From assembly GCA_047967505.1 (NCBI GenBank), contig CM106538.1: DNA of 64,000 nt. One strand, written 5' to 3'. The position numbers and the translations under genes are program-made. Each line of letters starts with the position of its first letter. Within the stretch, counting starts at the first letter, position 1. Of the stretch, positions 1 to 13,900 are shown piece after piece. Below the pieces are notes generated by a model. That model saw nothing but the letters and a program-made list of their open reading frames with translations. It searched no databases and was not told the origin of the DNA. The stretch is from Dipteris shenzhenensis. Taxonomy: Eukaryota.

Positions 1-1508
1 GAGGGGGGACTAGGGGTTATTGATATAGAGCAAGTTGCTCTAAAACTCTCCTCAACCTAGATATTAAAGGCAATCCTACACCCTCTTGAAGATGGGGCTC
101 AACTTCTCCTTAGGAATGTCAGCTCCCTAAGACCCCTCAGAGCCCTCAAGTGGAAAAATTACCCCATGCTGTCAGCTATTTGTAACCCAAAACCTTGCAA
201 AGCTAAAGGCAGCCAGCTTTGTGTCTCTCTTTGGATAGCTTTTAAAGGGATCAAAAGCCAAATTGTCTTTTTAGGCAAAGGAGCTTTTATGACCTTGGAC
301 TCAATTTGAATTTCTATCACTTTCAAAGAAGCTGTGCTTTCTGATGAAGAATTAGCTAAGGTTGCTCTTCTCTTTAAAAAGGGTTTGCAATGCTGGGGGC
401 AGCTGTGGAACAAAGCTGAACTAAGGTGGAAAACATGGGTAGAGATTAGGAGAGAGTTTAGCCTAAATAATCAAAGCCAGTCACTCGTGTTGAATAGATT
501 ACAACTTTGGAGTGCAGTCAGTAGTGGAAGGGGGGATCTTTCCTAGTCTATAGTAGAGAGTTCAGTTGGTTGGAGAGGGCCTCTTTCTTCCCTATACCCA
601 CACCAAGGAGGGACATGGGAGATCTCTCCTGACTCCAAAGAGAAATGAAAATTCAGGTTCTGTGCCATTTGCTCTTCTTCAATTCTAGACAAAATGTCTG
701 CCCTAATGTGGCTCATATTGCATATAGCTATGTGGACCAATATCAGAGGACTTAGGATTGGGAAGGAAAATGCGTGAACTGCTCCTCTACCAATGAAGAT
801 ATTGTCCATCTCTTTGTGGCTTGTCCTGTGGCCAGAAAGGTTTGGAAAACAGTCTAACAAGGGAGCCAATAAAGCCATTTTACTTGGAGACTCTACAAGG
901 ACAAAAAGCAGGAAACTTGGTCACCCCTGAGAGCACATGCACTTTGGTTCATATGGGTAACTAGAAATAATGTTCAGTTTAATCAAGTTGTATTGCAAGC
1001 TGACCTACTGTTTGTTAACTGGCTGAACAAGACGAGAAGAAAATCATAGAAATGATACACAACTTCAAAGCAGAGGCTGCCCTCTTCAATGCTGACCTTC
1101 AAGAACATACTCAAAGCTGGTTTGGGATTGATAATTCCACACCCAATGAAGTCCCTGCTGAGATCACTAAGTTTCTCAAATAGGTACCCTCCACAACAAT
1201 GAAAAAGGAACCAGACTCACCTTGTGAGGCCCAAGTAGATGACACTGAAAGCTCTTGGGATTCAAAGAGCTTCAATTTCTCTGACTACTTCAATGATGAC
1301 AATACAGATGACACAAATGACTCCTATATCCCTCTCTTTTGATTCTGCTGCTGCTACTATTTTTACTCCAAGAATATTTCTCATAAATGTTTTGATATGA
1401 AACGCTCCCCTTGGGGGCTGGTTTTTACCAAAGAACATGTAAATATTTATGCTGATGATGATGATATTCTAATATAACACAAACTTTTCTGCCCCCCAAA
1501 AAGAAAAG
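1..1508 (+). mobile_element. 3' part of a decayed L1-clade LINE (post-RT region, zf-RVT, 3' UTR, short A tail)
   Basis: Position 1 reads EGGLGVIDIEQVALKL (GGLG motif after LINE RT); ~770-846 reads CVNCSSTNEDIVHLFVACPVARKVW (zf-RVT); many stops; ends GCCCCCCAAAAAGAAAA. Confidence 0.75.
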
Positions 1509-1523
1509 ATTCTAGTGACGCTT

Positions 1524-1617
1524 CAATTGATTAAGAAATGGAGAACAACATTGATCTAATATATGTTGCAATTGATTAAGAAATGGAGAACAACATTGAT
1601 CCAATATATTTTGCAAT
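1524..1617. repeat. 45-bp tandem duplication
   Basis: CAATTGATTAAGAAATGGAGAACAACATTGATCYAATATATKTTG at 1524 and 1569. Confidence 0.9.
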
Positions 1618-2248
1618 ATGAAAACCTTTCAATTTGATTTGAATTTTGGAAGGTTTACCAAGGATGACTATTGAAGCTTTTTTCGATGCTATGTGTTTTT
1701 CTAGGGGTCTTTTTGACTGAAATAGCGACACTAATATCGATGCTAATCCAATAGATAATGCTGATATAGATGCTAATATTGACAAAGATATGGGTGTTAT
1801 GACTTTTTGGCTATAATAGCAACATAATGATTCTTGGCTAAAAAACTAAATAATATGCGTTTAAAAAAAGTATCGTAAAGGGAGCTAATGGTAGTAGTGC
1901 ATCTTGCCATCCAATTATGTCTGTGATTGTAGCTTGCCTACATACCTTGAAGGCGTGCAATCTGTTCAGACATTGAACGCATCACTTCAACCCCCCCACT
2001 GCCTACTAAAAGGATGCCTTGCATACCATCACCGTCCAATTCTCTAACAATACCGTGCCTCACCTGCCAGACGCCCATCTAGATGGCATGCAAAATGCAA
2101 ATTCCAACTTCAAAACATTCAATAATGGAATTAGCATCATACAAAGCCCACAAAAGCTTTACCTTCGTGGTTACAATCTCGATCCAAAATACCTTTTGCG
2201 TGCCAATTTTACCTCTTCGTGGCTTGCCATAGGCTTTGCACTAGTGTG

Positions 2249-2330
2249 GTGTGTGTGTGTGTACATGTGTGCGTGTGTGTAGATATAGATAGATAGATAG
2301 AGGGAGAGAGGAGGGAGGGAGGGAGGGAGG

Positions 2331-2390
<60 letters not shown>
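2249..2390. repeat. Compound microsatellite (GT)n/(GATA)n/(GGGA)n/(GA)n
   Basis: Directly visible. Confidence 0.95.
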
Positions 2391-3375
2391 TTATTTTCCT
2401 TATTCCCTACTTAATGGACAATTTTGCATGCTCACACACTCTTGCGCGCACGCGCGTGCGCACACACATGCACAAGCTCATATACATGGAAATGCACATA
2501 CATATACAGCTACACATACACATGCATACATTAAACACATGCCACATGTATACATAAATAGTTCTTATACTATATATAATTGATGTTGTTCTCTCTCCAT
2601 AACTGGATGTTCTCTCTTAATACTTGCCATCTTCATAAAGATGTTTAAACAAACTAAGTGGTGCGATCTCCCACTACCTGCCCCTACTAATTAATGCCCC
2701 ATGCTCATCTCCCTATCCCTCACTCAAACACCCCATCGCAAAAGCCAATAGACACACTTTGCAAAGAGTATATCACACCTTTGATGAGTTTGCCAAGGTT
2801 TTTGAGAAAGTTGGCATTATAAAGATGGAAATAGACCGTTTCATCCCTGCTAGATTCTGCGAGGCTCAAAGACATTTCATTCAGGAGCTCAACAACGAAG
2901 ATGGTAGAATTCGCTAATGAACTTACCCACATCACCAATCTGGGCACTCATAAATTGTAATTTTCTTTTTTGTCATTTTTCCTTTCTTAATAACGAGTAA
3001 CATGACCTATCTACGAGGGGTTAGAGACTCACTCTGCTGGGTCAAGGTAAGATCTTAAAACGTCTTTACTTTTAAGAAATGAAATTCCAAGTTCAAGATT
3101 CCCTCTACCTCTAGGCTTGGCTCTATGCCTCAATGATTCGGCTAGATGAGGGACCATCGAGGGACAAAGCACTCACATGACCCCCCCCCCCCCAACTCTC
3201 TCTCTCTCTCTCTTTATGGTAGACCTGCAGATGCATGAATATTTGACCTTAAGAACCTCTCATAGTTATTCATACACAAACATATTCTTATACACACGGA
3301 GAGAGGTTTTTTTTTAACTTTGTAGAAACAATGCCAAGGAGCCAAAATGACTCATCTGAAGTGATTTCTAGGGTT

Positions 3376-3378
<3 letters not shown>

Positions 3379-3406
<28 letters not shown>

Positions 3407-3519
3407 CACCACATGAACCAAAGCCTCAACCACCAAGACCCATGTGGGTGAGAGACACTATATATATGTATACTTTTATAAATATATATATATATACATT
3501 TATATTTATATTTATATTT

Positions 3520-3563
<44 letters not shown>

Positions 3564-3792
3564 GTATGCATGTATGTATGTATGTATGTATATAATGAGG
3601 CTAAAGACAATCACAAAGGAAAATTCTAGAAAACATTATGAGATATATGTGTATGCTTATGTATAAATTTATACATAAATATATTCACATAGGCATGCAC
3701 GCACATGCGCGCGCACACACACACCACACATATGCATATGTATGAATATAAACATAGATGTGTGTGTGTGTTTATTATATATATATATATAT
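3379..3792. repeat. Microsatellite cluster (CA)n/(TA)n/(TATG)n
   Basis: Directly visible. Confidence 0.9.
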
Positions 3793-3952
3793 GAACATTG
3801 GATGTGTCTGACAGAGTTTAGATAGGGTCACGAAGCCAATCGTCTAAAGAACCTAGATTTAACCTCATTGCACCTAAACCCTACCTAAACCTAATGGAGG
3901 TAGAAAGGTGGGATTATTTCCCATTTTATTTTCCCTCCAATCCTGACTCCCC

Positions 3953-4441
3953 CTTGGGGCGCCAACTCAATATGTAATACGTTACTACCCTCATTCAAAA
4001 TCTAGGGTATGGGGGGGACAAGGTCCATATATAATATGCATGGATTTTCTTTTAAAAATTAAATATGCAAGGGAAAAATATGAAAATCTCATGTCCCCCC
4101 ACCCACAAAATATAAGGTCTATACCTTGAAAAATATGCAAGATATTAAGATTTGGACATATTTTTCATAATATGTGAGGCCCAAGGGGTGGGGTCTTTTG
4201 GATGAGGGGGGGTAAAACAAAAAATACACTAAAATATGAAAACCCATCTCCTTTCAAATTAATGTAACTTTTTCATGTGTTGCCCAAATTTCAAGGTGTA
4301 AAGACATATTTGAAGCTCTTTTGTTGGTGTAGAACACAACCATGTTAATTTGAATAACTTCTACTCAATGCATATTGTTAAATTCATCTCATACTCAAGA
4401 TTTTGATGGGTTTTCTTACTAAAGGGAGTTGGCACCCCAGG
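3953..4441. mobile_element. hAT-like MITE, 489 bp
   Basis: 16-bp TIR CTTGGGGCGCCAACTC / GAGTTGGCACCCCAGG (14/16); 8-bp direct repeat GACTCCCC at 3945-3952 and 4442-4449; AT-rich non-coding interior. Confidence 0.75.
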
Positions 4442-5013
4442 GACTCCCCGTCAGTTTTTTTGAATCTTTGGGCCTAGAGGCCCACATGGAATGACCAAAT
4501 AAATGAAAAGGGGGATCTTATTTCCAATGCTCGTTCTACATTATTGAAGCTAAGCCGTAACCACATCTCCCAATTTATCGATTGGTAATATGTTTTGAAC
4601 ACGATTGGTAATATGCTAATATGGTTTGTACATGACTTCATCCTAGAACACCATATTAGAGAATTTGGGAAAATCTTGATAATTTGGGAATTTTTGAGGG
4701 GTTGTAATTATGTAGCATTCAATGTTTTTCATTGGTTTTTCCCATAGATTTGGCAGTCCATCCAAATCTCACAAATGTGCATGGTTTGCATCAACATAAA
4801 TAAAATGTCAAATGTTGAGGTTTCAACCAATGCATGGTAGTTTTTGAGGGGTTGCAATTACAATGCATTGAGTGCACTCCATTGACTTTCTCATTGGATT
4901 TGGCCGTGTATATGAAACTCACAGTTTGGAGTGTGAATGTTCTGCATTAGGCGAGAAAAAAACATCATATGTTTGAGTTCAATGAAGCATTGTTTGTCTC
5001 TTCTCAAAAAAAG

Positions 5014-5031
5014 GTGGTGTTCAAAAACACC
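5014..5031 (+). repeat. Left TIR GTGGTGTTCAAAAACACC
   Basis: Exact reverse complement of 25045-25062. Confidence 0.85.
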
Positions 5032-5238
5032 ATTTTAGTTTAGTTGGAGAAAAAGTAAGAATGCAACACTAGTCCTTGATATTTTGTCAAGTGTGCAGAA
5101 CTTGCAACCACAAAGCAATGGTCTACAAACAAAAAAGATAAAGAAAAAAGATCAATGTCATACCTTTCAAATATTTGTCAGTATTCAATTAAATTATCGT
5201 TGTGCAAGGAAAAAAAAGTCAAGCTTTTCAAGTACCCT

Positions 5239-5430
5239 TCACTCCATTGTGGAGTCAACATCAGAGTTGGAATCTATACTATGAGACAAACTAGATAAAT
5301 CTCGCTTGCATGCAATGGTTGGTATCTTCACCTTGATGGGGATGTTGCTACTCTTTGAGGAAACCTTCTTTGAGAGGTTACCTTTTGGAACCCATGACCA
5401 TACAATAGCATCAACAGATTCCCAACGTGG
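5239..5430 (-). pseudogene. C-terminal 63 codons of the transposase, separated by the Copia insertion
   Basis: Removing the Copia and one AGGAT copy joins ...WMCNKGDP in frame to PRWESVDAIVWSWVPKGNLSKK...DVDSTME-stop. Confidence 0.85.
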
Positions 5431-5435
5431 AGGAT

Positions 5436-8400
5436 TGTTGAGATATCGAGCTCCACTCGAGATATGCCAGGGTGACCGTTGGGTACTTATGTCACTGACT
5501 TGTTAGCTGGAGATGCGGTTGGTACACCGCCCATGAATAATAGCTGGATGAAAGCTATCCTTATCTACACTAGTTCGTGGCTCAGTTAGTATGCCACCTT
5601 AGTTAGTTGAGTTTGGTTTGAAACCCACATATAGGGTTCTTCTATTTCTTTGTGCTAGAGTTCTTTTGGCTTTCACAACTAAGAAGAGGAAAACTGTTTT
5701 CAGCCTCCACCTTCGTGTGTATTCCCCCATTGTGCATGTGAGAAAGCCTCAAGTGAGACTCCTTCCCTCTCTCCCACTATCTTCACATGGTATCAGAGCC
5801 TTGTTCGTGGTAAGGAGCTCAAGAAAGCAAGCCAAGTTCGTGGTGTCCTGGTAAGAGGACAAGTGTTGCTTTCCTATTTCGAGTTTGGGAGAAAATCTCT
5901 GCAGGTAGCACAGCCAGAATTGCAGGAGTGCACTGCTTTAGATTGAGACGCCCTTCGCGGTGTGGCGAGAGTGCAGTATATGCTGCGGGTGTGGGCGAAG
6001 CCCTCAGTGACTTTATTTTTTTGATTTGAGGCCGTTTCGGGGCCCGTTTTGAAGGCGGAAGTTCTTCGCAGGCACTCAGAAAAAGGCCCTGTTTTTTACT
6101 GTGCGACCACTGCGCGCGGCTAGTCGGTGGAAAGGTGCCGTAGAAATTGCATCGTATGCCTGTGTGCAGAGATATTGGGAGTTGCAGATTCATGCCTGTT
6201 GCCTGTTGATGCAAAATCGTCACTAGGAAGTGACTGTGTGGTGAAATACCACTTTCGTGAGTTTTGCAGATCTGCCCGTGTGAGGCAAAAGCTGTGTTTT
6301 TTGCAGTGACAGAATATTTTGCAGTGTTCTGTAATGGCATCTGATTCTCTTTCACAGATTGTCACTGAAAAGCTTGACAAGAATAACTTCCAGGCATGGA
6401 AGTTTAGAATGACGAATTTCTTGATGGGAAAAGGCTATTGGGAATTCATTACAGGAAATGAAGAAGAACCTGTTCTTCCTAATGTTCCCAGTCAACAGGA
6501 AATGCAGGCATTCAAAGGATGGCATGAGAGAGCCAGGAAAGTTATGTATTGGCTGTCTATCAGTATTTCGGACTCCATGATTGTGCATATTCAGGATGCA
6601 AATACGCCAAAGGAGGCATGGGATACTTTGGCAAAAATGTACAGCACTAATACGCAAGCCAAGAAAATGCAACTCAAACAGGAGTTGCACAATGTGTAGA
6701 GAGAAAATTTGAGCATAAATGACTACCACATGAAAGTGAAGAAAATTGCAGATGCACTTGCTTCCATTGGGTCGCCAGTGGATGATGATGATTTGGTTTC
6801 TGTGACCTTGAATGGTCTAGGAAAGGATTATGCACAGTTTCGGACATCCATTGCCGTCCGTGAAAACTTTACTGATTTTGAGGAGTTGATTGCTCTTCTA
6901 ATTTCTGAAGAGCAGAGAAATGGGGGTGCATCTTCTTCAGCAGGAACTTCAAAAGAAACTGTCTTCTACTCAAATGCTGGCAGAGGTAGAGGAGGCCGAT
7001 CTGCAGGCCGTGGTAGGAATCAGAATATGCAGCAAACGCAAGAAAACCAGTCTTATGCAGGAGGACGTGGTAACTCTAGAGGCAGGGGGAGCCAAAGAGG
7101 CCGTGGTGGATGGCAGAGAAGCCAAAATGCAAACAGCAATGTTGAATGCTACTATTGTGGCAAAATGGGTCATATGGCTAAAGACTGCTACAAAAAGCAG
7201 AATGACATTATGAGTGGAAAATTGCAGCAAGGCAATTATGCATCCTCTAGTAGACAGGGCGATGACAGAAATGAGCATTTGTTTATGGTGCAGCATATGA
7301 CAAATTCTGTAACAAGTGCAGAAGAAAGCAATGATGTGTGGTATGTTGACTCGGGTGCGTCAAACCACATGACAGGTCACGCTGAATGGATGCAGGATGC
7401 AAGAAAAATGGAAAAACTAGGATTTGTGGAGACTGGTGATGATACTGCACATCCTATTGTGCAGATTGGCAAAATTCCTTTGTCTATGCAGGATGGGAAA
7501 AAGAAATACTTGTCTGATGTATTTCATGTCCCGAACATCACCAAGAACCTGGTTTCTGTTGGTCAAATGGTTGAGCAGGGCTTGCAGGTTAGATTTAATC
7601 CTCATGGATGCTTTGTTGAGGATATGAAAAATAATGGTCGCTTGATAGCAAAAGGAAAGAAGAAGGGCAGGATGTTTACATTGGATGCAGACATGCCTGA
7701 ATTGAGTGCAGCAATGTTTGCACATGGGACCGGTGTAGTTGCAGATATTGATATCTGGCACAAATGCATTGGTCATGTTAATATACAGCGACTTAAATCA
7801 ATGCAAGCCCAAAATATTATTGCAGGATTGCCAAAATTCAAGGTTGCAGAAATGCACAAGATTTGTGAAGCCTGTCAATTTGGGAAACAGGCAAGGAAAC
7901 CTTTTCCTAGGCATGTTCAAGAGTGTAAAAAGCCATTGGAATTAATCCACTCTGATGTGTGGACTACAAAAGCTGCATCTATTGGAGGCTGTCACTATTT
8001 TGTCACATTTATTGATGACTTCAGCAAAAAACTGTGGGTGTATTTTATGAAAAAGAAAAGTGAAGTGTTTGGGCACTTCAAAGCTTTCAAAGCTATGGTT
8101 GAAAAAGAAACAGGCCTGCAAATAAAATGCCTAAGGTCAGATGGAGGGGGAGAGTACCTCTCAAATGAGTTTGCAAGGTTCTTGCAGGAGCATGGTATAA
8201 AGCAGCAATATTCATGCAGTCATACCCCACAGCAAAATGGAATTGCAGAAAGAAAAAACAGGCATATTGGAGAGGTATCTCGGGCTATGCTAAATGAAAA
8301 AGATCTACCAGATTATTATTGGGCTGAAGCAGTTGCTACAGCAGTCTATATAATGAACAGGACTCCCACTGCAGCAATACATGGCATGACGCCAGAGGAG

Positions 8401-10998
8401 ATGTATACTGGTAGGAAACCAGATATTTCTCATTTAAAGATTTTTGGTTGCATTGCTTATGTCCATGTGCCAGATGAGTTGAGGTCCAAGTTGGATCCAA
8501 AAGCTGAGAAGTGCGTCTTTATTGGTTATTCTCTGCAGCAGAAAGGGTATAGATGCTATAACCCTACACGTAAGTTCACAGTGAGCAGAGATGTTGTTTT
8601 TGATGAGATGAGCAGCTAGTATAAACCAGTAAATGTGATGATTGATGTAGATGCACAAAATGGTAATGCTGCACAGAATGCACAGCAGCAATCACAAAAT
8701 ATCAGTGGACCTGGAGTGTCCTCTACCAGTGGTTCACATACTTCGCCATGGACAGGCAGATTGAGATCAGGAGAATCCCCTCAAAGCAATGCAGATAGTG
8801 GTACGCAGGTATCACCACGAAAAGGAAAAGAGAAGGTAGATCAGCCCATGTTTGATGTGAATGCAGGTCACTCTTATGTGGATGGTGAATCTGGTGGCTC
8901 AGAACAGAGCATTGATGATGAATTGGGTATTCCTTCTGTTGTTACACCTGGAGTAAGGAAGACCAGGGATGTTTTGAGAGCACCTGGAAGTGAGCCTATT
9001 TTGCGCAGGTCTACCAGGGTTAGGTATCCTGTGGATAGGCTGAAATATGATGGATTTACAGCCATTCAATATGCCTATATGGTCAAAGTGATACAGGAAC
9101 CAGAACCCACTTCTTTTGAGCAAGCCATGGGAAATGAAAAATGGGAGAAAGCCATGGATGAAGAAATGGATGCCTTGGATGCTAATGCTACATGGGAATT
9201 GGTGCCTTTGCCTAAAGGCAAGAATGCAATTGGTTGTAAGTGGGTTTATAAGATCAAGCACAATGCAGATGGTTCTGTGAATAGATACAAGGCAAGATTA
9301 GTTGTCAAGGGGTATGCACAGACATATGGCATTGATTATGAAGAAACTTTCAGCCCGGTTGCAAGGATGGCAACCGTAAGAGCAACCATTGCTATGGCTG
9401 CATCAAAGGGATGGTCTTTACATCAGATGGATGTAAAGAATGCCTTCTTGCATGGTGATTTGCAAGAAGAGGTCTTTATGGAGTAGCCAGCAGGTTATGT
9501 TCATGCTACTCATCCTGAGTTTGTTTGCAGGTTGAAGAAAGCCTTGTATGGCTTGAAGCAAGCACCTAGAGCATGGTCTGACAAGATAGGACAGTATCTT
9601 GTCACTATTGGCTTTCAGATTTCCAAGGCAGATTTCTCACTCTATGTGAGAAAAACAGAGAAAGGGATTATGCTGCTGGTCATTTATGTTGATGATTTGA
9701 TCATCACAGGTGATAGTGATGAAGATATCCTTCATGTGAAAATGCTATTGAGGTAGAAGTTTGAGATGAAGGATTTGGGAGAGCTGCGTTATTTCTTGGA
9801 CATTGAGGTGATTAGGTCACCAAGTGGGATACAGCTCTTGCAGAGGCAGTATGGATTGGACATGCTGTCCAAATATGGGATGACAGGCTGTAAGCCTATT
9901 TCAGTTCCTTTGGAGCAGAATGTGAAGCTGAGCACAGATGCAGGTGAGCTTCTGGAAGACCCTACTATGTACAGACGCATTGTAGGAAGTTTGATTTACA
10001 TGACTATTACCAGGCCAGATTTGAGCTATGCTGTTGGGTTGGTAAGTCAGTTTATGCAGGCTCCAAGGAAACCACATTTGGATGTGGCTAGACGCATACT
10101 CAGGTATGTGAAGTTCACATTGCAGTATGGACTATTTTATGAGGCTGGGGTTCAGATACAGTTGCATGGATACACTGATGCTGATTGGGCTGGTAGTATT
10201 TCTGATAGACGATCTACCAATGGATATGTGTTCTCTTTTGGGAGTGCTGCAGTCACTTGGAGCAGCAAGAAACAGCCTACAGTTGCCTTGTCGAGCACAG
10301 AGGCTGAGTACAGGGGTGCAGCAATGGCTGCATGTGAGATAGCTTGGTTGCATAAGCTACTCTATGATATGCATCAGTCTACAGATGGGCCGGTTGTCAT
10401 TTATTATGACAACATGAGCAGTATACACTTGGCAAAGAACCCAGTCTTTCATGCTAGAACAAAGCACATTGAGGTGCATTATCACTATGTGCAGGAGAAG
10501 GTTTTACTTGGTCTTATTGATCTAGTTTATGTCAGCACAGAGGATCAGGTAGCTGACATATTCACGAAAGCATTGGGCGCAGAGAAGCTGCGCAAGTTCA
10601 GAGACCTGCTTGGTGTGCAGGATTTGGGATTGAGCTCGAGGGGGAGTCTTGAGATATCGAGCTCCACTCGAGATATGCCAGGGTGACCGTTGGGTACTTA
10701 TGTCACTGACTTGTTAGCTGGAGATGCGGTTGGTACACCGCCCATGAATAATAGCTGGATGACAGCTATCCTTATCTACACTAGTTCGTGGCTCAGTTAG
10801 TATGCCACCTTAGTTAGTTGAGTTTGGTTTGAGACCCACATATAGGGTTCTTCTATTTCTTTGTACTAGAGTTCTTTTGGCTTTCACAACTAAGAAGAGG
10901 AAAACTGTTTTCAGCCTCCACCTTCGTGTGTATTCGCCCATTGTGCATGTGAGAAAGCCTCAAGTGAGACTCCTTCCCTCTCTCCCACTATCTTCACA
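5436..10998 (+). mobile_element. Full-length Ty1/Copia LTR retrotransposon (Copia-1) inserted in the transposase gene
   Basis: 352-bp LTRs 5436-5787 and 10647-10998 (5 mismatches by eye); TSD AGGAT at 5431-5435 and 10999-11003; PBS TGGTATCAGAGCC 5788-5800; PPT GAGGGGGAG 10638-10646. Confidence 0.97.
6334..10686 (+). pseudogene. Copia-1 gag-pol (Gag, CCHC knuckle, protease, integrase, RT, RNase H) with four in-frame TAG stops
   Basis: CYYCGKMGHMAKDC, WYVDSGASNHM, HSDVW...SDGGGEY...[31 protein letters not shown] in one frame; stops at 6697, 8617, 9484, 9754. Confidence 0.95.
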
Positions 10999-13900
10999 AG
11001 GATCACCTTTATTGCACATCCAAATCTTGTTCCAACAATCTGCATACACCTCCTCAATTTGTGCATTGCATCTTTTGCATATAGGTGCCCAATATTGTAT
11101 GAAAACCTTCTTGAAATTTTTAGATTTATTATCCTTTTGTACATCAGTTTGAGCAATGCCTAGCCAAATTGGGTAAATTTTTTCTGCTGGTCGGACCAAA
11201 AGAAAGTGTCCTTTTTGTACATCAATCATTGGATCAAATGATTGTTTTGGCTTTTTCCTTTGAGGTCCACAATAGTGATCATTCAACTCTTCAATTCCTT
11301 GAAACTCATCGTTTTCATTATCAACTACTTGCACACAATCAATATGTTGCGTCTTTGGCCAAAATCTCTCGTACATGCCCTCTACACTATTGTTTGGTTT
11401 ATGAAGCTCATCAATCATGTTCTTCCAGTACTTCACTACCGGCTTGTAAAACTTTGTGAAAGATGCTTCTAGACCTTGCAGGTGTGCCCATTTTTCCCAA
11501 AAGTGTACATACTCCTTGATACCAACTATCACATGTGAGTGATCCTTCACATACTCGAACATGGGTACACAAGGTGGCTCTCCACTTGGTAGCATTGGAT
11601 GACCATCCGGATGTCTCTTCCACAACTCAAAGCCACCTTCACTTGGTTGCCAATCTAATGATCGTGGATGCACTTTATATTGCATGATAGGAACTTCATT
11701 TCGCATAAAGAACCGAAATTGGAGAGGCTTTGAGTGTCCCACTAAAGCATCTTCCCCATCGCATAGGCATCCATCAACATAGCTCTTGAAATCAAGGACT
11801 TCCGTTACCAAAAATGGCATTGGAGAAGACTCCTCACATTGTCTAAAAGTATCCATGAGATGTGCAAATGTCAATGTTTGGCTAGTTCTTAACCTCTCTG
11901 AAAACCTACTGAACATTGCATCAATATCCTCATGTGTATGCCCAACCATCAAGAATCCCAATTGAATTGACTTGAAAATCCCTCGAGCGACAAGTAATGA
12001 TAGGTAAGCAAACAAGTACCTATTCTTGTTTTCAGAACCACAATTATCCAACTGCAACAATAGGTGTTCGGGTAGCTTCTTATAAGGATTTTCTTGATGG
12101 GAACTTCCAAGTCCAAGGTCTTTGAATGTTCCACCCACTGCTCCAAGATGAAGTTGTTGCTTTTCATTAGAAACATAGTGAGAATCCAATACTTCTCTTG
12201 AGGTTAGTGCATTTAGTAGAGCGTTATCAGACCTTGGCATCCCATCATGTACCAAATCTCCAAGTGCATGGTTATCAAATCTTTCTAGATTTCTCAAACA
12301 CAAAGCCAATGAACCGATTGTGAAGTTAGGATCCGATGGCCACAAGGATAAAGAAAAGTGAACATAACGTCCTTGACCATGTCCATGTGTTATCATGCCA
12401 GTCAAAGCCACTGGGAGCTGAAAGGATTTGTCTGTGTCCTTTGAACGATTGCATAATCTAGGGATGGCTGTCTTCTTTTGGTCCATCTTATCATGGATAA
12501 TGCACAAGTATGTCTGAGGATACATTTCTGAAAATCTGCGCCAAGTGTAGTACACATTTCTACAACTTTTTTGTTGTAACATGTGCTTTCTTCTATCTTC
12601 CATCAACTTATTACGTTCATTTTGGCATTTTGTCACTGCAAGCTGAGCCTTGATTGCATTACATAAACCACACTTAGAGAATTCACTTGTTTTTGACAAA
12701 GTTACATGCTTGAATTCAGAGTTCCATATACGCTTGAATGTGGAAGTTGACATCTCCTTACAACCCAAACTATGCTTTAATTGCATGTTAACCTCATAGA
12801 GAATATCAACCTGCTTGTATACATCCGGTATCACGAGCTGTGTTTCCCTTGATCCATCCTGAAGTGTTCTACTTTTGTGTGGCATACGCTCAGAATTGTT
12901 ATCCACAAAATCTTGGATTATGGCTCTACCCAGTTCTGTGTGGTCCCAACCTCTCCGCACGATTCCTTTATTACCATGCATGCACCTTCGTATACCAATT
13001 TCAAATTGCTCCCTGTATCGATAAAATGTTGTTTTTGGAATACCATGCATTTCATACCATGCTCTACAACAAACTTGAATACCATTCAATGAAAAGACAT
13101 ATTTGAACTGCCCATTGTCATCTTTTCGACAAGCAACCCCAAGAGTGTCATATACATAATTGGTGCGAGCCTCCAAACTTTGGCCCCAATACTCTATGCG
13201 TAATTTGGATATCATTTGACGATCGGCAAATTGACAACAATTTTGTTTACAACAATCAATCATAGATACTTTTGTGACTACATCCCTTGTGAGTCTAGAT
13301 GATGCTAATGGCATGCCATGTTTTTTAGCTTTCCTCTTTATCATGCAGTAACGCCTCTTTTTTGTGGATTTTTCATTTGGGTCCTCATCTTCCATGTGCT
13401 TTTGCCTAGAACCACTTGGAAAATTCATGGTGTCATCGATTCTTAATGAAGTTCCATCTAAAAAGGTTATTTGTGCAATGGGCCATTTTATTAAGTGGAT
13501 GGTATCGATGCCTGATACATCACTATGATACTTTTCAATTCCCACACCCAGATTACCTTCACCAAGCATCTCAAAGTTTATAGGTTCAAATGGATAGACA
13601 TACAAAACAACACCCTCAGCAATGCTCTTGGTTTTCTGCTCATCCCATATTAAAACTTTCTTGTCCTTCCATGATTCGAATGGAAAACTCATCATATTCA
13701 CACAGAGGTTCAACATCAACGGTATCTGACATTATATCATTCATTGGTAAAATAGCTCCATTGACATTGTCCACACAACTCATTGATCGTGCTTTCCAAC
13801 GAACAACACTACCCAAAGCCTCATAGACTAAGAATGCATCCATTGTAGGAAATGGAAGAAGTGCACTTTCATCCATACAAATATCGATCGCCACTGATAC

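Noticed and set aside
10960-10998. C-terminus CEDSGREGRSLT of the 919-aa ORF
   Set aside because: Read-through into the Copia-1 LTR; the real C-terminus is at 5430-5239.
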